Shown in pieces: positions 58,930-64,000 of a DNA stretch of 64,000 nucleotides (positions within the stretch are counted from its first letter, which is position 1; every line of letters begins with the position of its first letter). Source of the stretch: an uncultured Gemmatimonadales bacterium. GTDB taxonomy: Bacteria > Gemmatimonadota > Gemmatimonadetes > Longimicrobiales > RSA9. A program made the translations under genes and the position numbers. The notes beneath the pieces are model-generated. The model had not been told where the DNA came from. It was given only the letters and a program-made list of their open reading frames with translations, and ran no database searches. The DNA is taken from positions 448,001-512,000 of the forward strand of contig CAWCRS010000003.1 in the NCBI GenBank assembly GCA_963798085.1, in the 5' to 3' direction.

Positions 58930-59147
58930 TGAGCCACGCCTCGCCTCCGAACGCCCGCGACTACGGCCTCCCCGAGCACGTCGTCTGCCCCTTCTGCGAT
59001 CACAGCGAGACCGAGCTGCATTCACCATTCGGGCCGCAGCTCTCCGTCGCCACATACTGGTGTCACCGCTGCCACACGGCCTTCGAGTGGATCAAATGGA
59101 AGACTCCCCCAGTCCGCCACGCTCGCGGCAAGGACGAGGCTGACTGA
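58929..59147 (+). CDS. Stand-alone PaaD-like Zn-ribbon protein
   Basis: CPFC....TE..SPFG.....YWC..C...FEWIK. Confidence 0.85.
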   Translation: MSHASPPNARDYGLPEHVVCPFCDHSETELHSPFGPQLSVATYWCHRCHTAFEWIKWKTPPVRHARGKDEAD

Positions 59148-59803
59148 TGCCGTGCAGCTGCTGCGCCGTCGGGCTGAACGAGATCTTCAATGATCGCATT
59201 GCCCGGCACGAGGCGAGGCGGTTCCTGCGGCGAGGACTGCCCAGGCGATCGCGCAAGCTGCTCGCCGCCATTACGCGCAGCATGTCGCTGGCTGGTGCCG
59301 ATTCCCTCGAGGTTGGCGCCGGGATCGGCGCCATCACCATTACGCTGCTGCGTGCGGGAGAGTCGCGCGCGCGCATCGTGGACGCGGCTCCAGCTTACGT
59401 CGCCGCTGCGCGCCGACTCGCCGCGGAATGCGGCGTTGCCGATCATCTGGACATCGAACTCGCGGATTACGCCGCATGGGAAACCACCGACGTGATGGTG
59501 GATCTCATCGTGATGGATCGCGTAGTCTGCTGTTATCCGGCCTGGCTGGAACTGCTGCAACCCGCCTCTCGGCAGGCCCGCAAGATCATCGCGCTTACCT
59601 ACCCGAGAACGGCGTGGTGGACCCGATTCGGCGTGGCCGCCGTAAATCAGCTGCAGCGTATGCGGCGCATGTCATTTCGCGTATATGTGCATTCACCCGC
59701 CGCGATGCATGAGGCGCTGCGGAGGCTCGGTTTCTCCACTCGGGTCGAGGGCCACCACGGCCCCTGGGAAATCCTGGTGGCAACGCGCACGGGTCAGGCC
59801 TGA
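59147..59803 (+). CDS. Class I SAM-dependent methyltransferase
   Basis: LEVGAGIG, D.IV.DRVVCCYP; TGATG coupling to the Zn-ribbon gene. Confidence 0.85.
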   Translation: MPCSCCAVGLNEIFNDRIARHEARRFLRRGLPRRSRKLLAAITRSMSLAGADSLEVGAGIGAITITLLRAGESRARIVDAAPAYVAAARRLAAECGVADHLDIELADYAAWETTDVMVDLIVMDRVVCCYPAWLELLQPASRQARKIIALTYPRTAWWTRFGVAAVNQLQRMRRMSFRVYVHSPAAMHEALRRLGFSTRVEGHHGPWEILVATRTGQA

Positions 59804-60789
59804 GACAGGATCCAGCTCACAGTCTCCGGTAGACCCTCGGACAGAGATCGCGGCTTCCATCCGAGTTCGCGCGTTGCCCGCTCGTGACCGCATACCCAGC
59901 GCAGGCCTGCTGTGCCCGCAATGGCTTCGCGGCTCAGGCCGAAGCGCCGCCCTGTGAGCCGTGCCAGCACGTCCATCGCCGATCCGACGAGCAGCGCGAC
60001 ACCCGCCGGCATCCGCAGCAGCGGCGGCCGGCGGCCCGCCAGTCCCGCCACCCGCATGGCTACATCATTCACGCTGGCTGCCTCACCGGATAGAACGTAG
60101 TTCGGCCCCGGTGCACCACGATCAAGGATCGCGACCATGCCCGCAGCTACGTCATCCACATGCACGTACGAGTACCAGCCCGGATCGCTCAACAGCCCCG
60201 GCAAACGGCCCGTCGCCGCATCCCGGAGGAACCGGCCGCCCGGCCCCGTATCACCCGGACCATACACAAAAGCCGGACTCACAATGAGAAGAGCCAGGCC
60301 CTCCCGCTGCGCAGCGCGCGCGAGATGATGCGCTTCCGTCTTGGTCCGGTGATAGACAGTCGGATAAGGCCCGTGCCAGTCCGCCTCCTCATTGGCGTCG
60401 CCTTCTCGAACCGGCCCCAGTGCAGCGACCGTCGACACATGGATGGCGCGCCGAATGCCTGCGTTGCGCACGGCTTCGATAAACACGCGCGTGCCGTCAA
60501 TATTGACGCGCTCGAATGCCGCCACATCGACCGGGCCCACATCGTACAACCCGGCGAGGTGGATCGCCGCATCAACGCCCCGCATGCCTTCGGCCATGGC
60601 TGACGCATCGGCCACGTCGCCGCGCACCAGCACGACGCCCGTCGGTGTGAGCTCCAAGGCGCGCCCCGGATCGCGCACGAGGCAGCGCAGGCGGTAGCCA
60701 CGGGCGGCGAGCAGCGCCGCCACCCGACGCCCAATGAAACCCGTGGCACCCGTGAGAAAGATCGTCTGGGCGTCTGCGGCGGGACTCAC
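59794..60789 (-). CDS. NAD-dependent epimerase/dehydratase (extended SDR)
   Basis: TGATGFIG, HLAG, YHRTK, P.FVYGPGD. Confidence 0.9.
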   Translation of the reverse strand: MSPAADAQTIFLTGATGFIGRRVAALLAARGYRLRCLVRDPGRALELTPTGVVLVRGDVADASAMAEGMRGVDAAIHLAGLYDVGPVDVAAFERVNIDGTRVFIEAVRNAGIRRAIHVSTVAALGPVREGDANEEADWHGPYPTVYHRTKTEAHHLARAAQREGLALLIVSPAFVYGPGDTGPGGRFLRDAATGRLPGLLSDPGWYSYVHVDDVAAGMVAILDRGAPGPNYVLSGEAASVNDVAMRVAGLAGRRPPLLRMPAGVALLVGSAMDVLARLTGRRFGLSREAIAGTAGLRWVCGHERATRELGWKPRSLSEGLPETVSWILSQA

Positions 60790-60857
60790 GCGGGGCGTTC
60801 CTCCAGGGGGACTGCGATGGGCTCTGCGTTTCAGGAAGCTATTGGAGGAACGGGGCG

Positions 60858-61202
60858 TCAGCGAACCGGGCCTGTGACGTGCCAGCCGATATCGACCCGT
60901 TCCGCCCCCTGGCCAGCCTCCTGCTTCGGGATCACGACATCGAGCTCACGAGTCCGCTCGAGTCGATCCTGTGTGGCTCGTCCACCCGTCGAGCTGTGAC
61001 CCACGATGGTGACCAGGCGTTCGGTACCCGCTGCCGACCCGATGCGCATCTTCCGGCCCGGCGCCAGGTCCTTCATGGATGGAGCGCCGTCCAGGAGACG
61101 GAGGCGAAGCAGCATGCCCCGCAAGGGCACTTCCAGCGCGTCTGAAACGCGGAAGCGAAAGCCTCCGGCCCCCGTTCCCGATGGGTCCTGTTTGCCTGTC
61201 AT
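60858..61202 (-). CDS. Hypothetical beta-barrel-like protein
   Basis: FRFRVSDALEVPLRG weakly recalls EF-Tu domain II. Confidence 0.6.
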   Translation of the reverse strand: MTGKQDPSGTGAGGFRFRVSDALEVPLRGMLLRLRLLDGAPSMKDLAPGRKMRIGSAAGTERLVTIVGHSSTGGRATQDRLERTRELDVVIPKQEAGQGAERVDIGWHVTGPVR

Positions 61203-61335
61203 GAATCGATCTTCCGTGGGCTTTCCCAAACTCCACCGCGCGGCCCTCGCACACTGGTCGGTACAGGCTACAGAGCGCTCTGCCGCGCGTCAATCGGAGC
61301 TTTCGTTCCGTCCCTGACCCGTGCAGTCGCGATTC

Positions 61336-61364
61336 TTGACTTCCTCCGGGGCGGCCGCTAGTCT
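61336..61364 (+). promoter_or_regulatory. Sigma-70 promoter of the cold-shock gene
   Basis: TTGACT-N17-TAGTCT, implying a ~220-nt 5' UTR. Confidence 0.65.
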
Positions 61365-61589
61365 TGTCAAGTTTTCAGTTCGGCTGGAAGACTCCGATTT
61401 TCGAACAAGCGAGCTGTCTCCGTTAACCAAATGGTACGGGACCTGCGGCGACACGCGGGGACCCGGATTTTTTTGCGCCTGCCGCGCGGCGCACACAACC
61501 GGGCGCGGCGGTCACAGGGTACGGAAGAGCACAATCGCACCGGACCTGCGACACACAGAACAACCCATCTACACCAAGGAGTTCGGGCG

Positions 61590-61919
61590 ATGGCTCGTGT
61601 CAGTGGTACCGTCAAGTGGTTCTCTCAGGAGAAGGGGTACGGCTTCCTCCAGCGCGAAGGCGCAGCCGACGTCTTCGTGCACTACAGCGCGATCGACGGC
61701 AACGGGTTCAAGGTCCTCTATGAGGGCGAGCCCGTCGAGTTCGACGTGATCGAGGAGGCGAAGGGTCCGAAGGCAGCCAACGTCGTGCGGCTCAATCCGC
61801 CGGCGCAGCCGCCCAGGGCCCCGCGCCCGGCTGGTGGTCCGCCACGGCAGGAACGCTCCGGCGGTCCGCGGGGTGGTGGCGGCGGCGGCTTCAACCGCCG
61901 TCCCGAGGGCCGCTACTAG
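61590..61919 (+). CDS. Cold-shock domain protein with Pro/Arg/Gly-rich tail
   Basis: [37 protein letters not shown]. Confidence 0.95.
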   Translation: MARVSGTVKWFSQEKGYGFLQREGAADVFVHYSAIDGNGFKVLYEGEPVEFDVIEEAKGPKAANVVRLNPPAQPPRAPRPAGGPPRQERSGGPRGGGGGGFNRRPEGRY

Positions 61920-61937
61920 GCCGACGACGGTACGAAC

Positions 61938-61979
61938 AAGACGCCCGCGGACTCCGAGTTCGCGGGCGTCTTGGCGTTT
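61938..61979 (+). terminator. Intrinsic terminator hairpin
   Basis: AAGACGCCCGCGGACT-cc-GAGTTCGCGGGCGTCTT stem followed by a weak T-rich tail. Confidence 0.7.
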
Positions 61980-62026
61980 CTGCGACGAGCTTGACCGGTG
62001 AGGCTCGACGCGCGACACTCCGCGCC

Positions 62027-63502
62027 ATGTCTGAATCCAACCCGCTCCATGTCGATCCGGAAGCAATGCGCCGCATGGGGTATCGCGTGGTTGACCTGCT
62101 CGTCGAGCGTGTGACCGGCCTCGATGCGGAGCCCGCGTGGCAGCGTGGGGACCGTGCATCGCTCGAGCGTGACCTGCGTGAACCACCGCCCCGCGCACCG
62201 CATGATTTCGACGAGATTCTCCGCCGACTGGTCACTGACGTGCTGCCGCACGGCGCACGCGTGGACCATCCTCGGTTTCTGGGCTATGTCCCTGGCGCAC
62301 CCACGTGGCCCGGCGTTCTCGCCGATTTTCTCGCCGCGGGCTACAACGTGTTTCAGGGCTCCTGGCTCGGTGGCTCCGGCGCGAGTCAGATCGAGCTGAT
62401 CGTTCTCGACTGGTTCAAGGAGTGGATCGGTTACCCATCGGACGCGGCTGGCCTTTTCACCAGCGGCGGCTCGGCGGCAAACCTCACGGCGATCGCCTGC
62501 GCCCGCCAGCTCCGGTTCGGCGGTCATGATCCTGATTCCGTTGTCTACCTGTCCGACGAGTGCCACTCGTCTGCCGAGCGCGCCGTGCGCGTCCTCGGTT
62601 TCCGCCCCGAGCGCGTTCGCAAGCTGCCCGTCGATTCCGCCTGGCGCATCGATCTGCATGCGCTGGAGGAGGCTGTCTCGGCCGATGAGCGGGCCGGCCT
62701 CCATCCATTCCTGCTGCTCGCCAATGCCGGCGCGACGAGCACAGGCTCAGTCGACCCGCTTGGCGCTCTCATCGATTTCTGTACTGGGCGGGGGTTGTGG
62801 CTGCACCTGGACGCGGCGTATGGAGGCTTTGCGGTACTGACCGAGCGTGGCCGCTCACTTCTGCGCGGTATCGAGCGGGCAGATTCGATCACACTCGACC
62901 CGCACAAATGGTTGTTCCAACCCTTCGAAGCGGGCTGCCTGCTGATGCGCCGAGGCGATGCTCTTGAAACGGCGTTTCGCATGCTGCCGCATTACCTGCA
63001 GGACGCAGCCGTGCCCGCGATCAACGACCGTACGACACCCGTCAATTTCATGGACCGGGGTATTCAACTCACGCGGGCTGCACGCGCGCTCAAGGTCTGG
63101 GCTTCGCTGCAGTACTTCGGCGTCGACGCATTCCGCGCCGCCATCGATCGGGCCCTCGACCTGACGCACATGGCGGAACATCTGCTGCACGAATCGCCCT
63201 CATTCGAGGTGTTGAGCCCGGCCACTCTCGGCATCGTGTGTTTCCGCCGGAAGGTCGACGACAGCGGACACTCCGTGCCCGACGAGGCTCAGCTCGAAGC
63301 ACTCAATGCCCGACTCGTCCATGACCTCGCCGAGAGCGGCGAGGGACTCATCTCGTCGACGCGACTCCGTGGCCGCTACGCTCTGCGTTTCTGTATCCTG
63401 AGCCACCACACCACCGCCGTGGACATCATGCGCGTGATCCAGTGGCTGGCGCGGGCGCGCACCGGACCGCTGCTCGATTCGCGGCCTGCGTCGCTCGTCT
63501 GA
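62027..63502 (+). CDS. Group II PLP-dependent decarboxylase (aromatic-L-amino-acid decarboxylase-like)
   Basis: HPRFLGY, TSGGSAAN, AGATSTGSVD, HLDAAYGG, DPHKW. Confidence 0.9.
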   Translation: MSESNPLHVDPEAMRRMGYRVVDLLVERVTGLDAEPAWQRGDRASLERDLREPPPRAPHDFDEILRRLVTDVLPHGARVDHPRFLGYVPGAPTWPGVLADFLAAGYNVFQGSWLGGSGASQIELIVLDWFKEWIGYPSDAAGLFTSGGSAANLTAIACARQLRFGGHDPDSVVYLSDECHSSAERAVRVLGFRPERVRKLPVDSAWRIDLHALEEAVSADERAGLHPFLLLANAGATSTGSVDPLGALIDFCTGRGLWLHLDAAYGGFAVLTERGRSLLRGIERADSITLDPHKWLFQPFEAGCLLMRRGDALETAFRMLPHYLQDAAVPAINDRTTPVNFMDRGIQLTRAARALKVWASLQYFGVDAFRAAIDRALDLTHMAEHLLHESPSFEVLSPATLGIVCFRRKVDDSGHSVPDEAQLEALNARLVHDLAESGEGLISSTRLRGRYALRFCILSHHTTAVDIMRVIQWLARARTGPLLDSRPASLV

Positions 63503-63558
63503 CCGGGGTTGGTGGGTGACAGTCTTTGCGCTAACGTTCCTGGGACCGAGGAGAAGGC

Positions 63559-63837
63559 ATGGCGGAGATAAAATGCGCGCGCTGCAGCCGGTCGGCTGAG
63601 GGCCTTGCGAAAGCACCGTTGCGCAATGAACTGGGTGACCGGATTCTGGCCTCCATCTGCCAGGATTGCTGGGGACAGTGGCTCCGCTTTCAGACGCAGC
63701 TGATCAACCACCATGGACTGGATGTACGGGACAAGCCCGCGCGCGAATTCCTTACTGCCAATATGGATGCCTTCCTCTTCCGCTCGGGCAATGCGGAAGA
63801 AATCGACACGACCCAGCAGGGCAAGATTTCCTGGTAG
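63559..63837 (+). CDS. yggX: Fe(II)-trafficking / oxidative damage protection protein
   Basis: C.RC, ELG.RI...IC..CW..W...QT.LIN, FL...M..FLF. Confidence 0.88.
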   Translation: MAEIKCARCSRSAEGLAKAPLRNELGDRILASICQDCWGQWLRFQTQLINHHGLDVRDKPAREFLTANMDAFLFRSGNAEEIDTTQQGKISW

Positions 63838-64000
63838 GAAGACCCTCGCATGCAGGTTCCGCCATTCTCCAATCAGAGGTCGGCGCAACCAACCGATTCG
63901 GACTCCTCTCGAACCACCAGGGCTGAGACCGCCATTCCCCAGGCCGGCAATGGGAGCGGGCGCGAGTTCTGGCCAGTTCTGCTCGTGCACGGCTGGCGCG

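Noticed and set aside
63850..64000. Partial ORF at the window end
   Set aside because: Too short and no recognisable motif
1..64000. tRNA, rRNA, prophage, integron or defence island
   Set aside because: No cloverleaf or rRNA signatures and no phage, integrase or defence genes were recognised

Overview
High-GC bacterial chromosomal segment. Gene content (GWxTD-like and PEGA proteins, DUF2007 pair, bTHX, cNMP-aspartase) is consistent with Gemmatimonadota or a similar soil lineage; this is an inference. About 58 CDS were called, mostly core or metabolic: a serB-aminotransferase-serA operon, galK, two amidohydrolases, an MdtA/MdtB-type RND pair, a GH20 hexosaminidase, csoR-copA-copZ with a clear CsoR operator, a POT peptide transporter, a sigma-54 activator with no input domain, HU, an aminotransferase, an ECF sigma factor, a saccharopine-dehydrogenase-like enzyme, a cold-shock protein, a PLP decarboxylase and YggX. 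One intact IS630 with clear terminal repeats sits on a CTAG stop-codon site. No rRNA, tRNA or CRISPR array was seen. Many genes carry single-base indels, probably long-read errors. Best leads: (i) a divergent paaA-D-B-C di-iron oxygenase cluster with a split Zn ribbon and a coupled methyltransferase but no paaE/K/G/Z; (ii) a dispersed family of degenerate intergenic REP/REPIN-like elements, plus a perfect 21-bp inverted repeat at 615-758; (iii) apparent pseudo-enzymes (DEAD-box helicase without Walker motifs, GAF-histidine kinase with a degenerate ATPase); (iv) a PspF-like/PspA-like pair. All family assignments come from motif recognition by eye, not from database searches.
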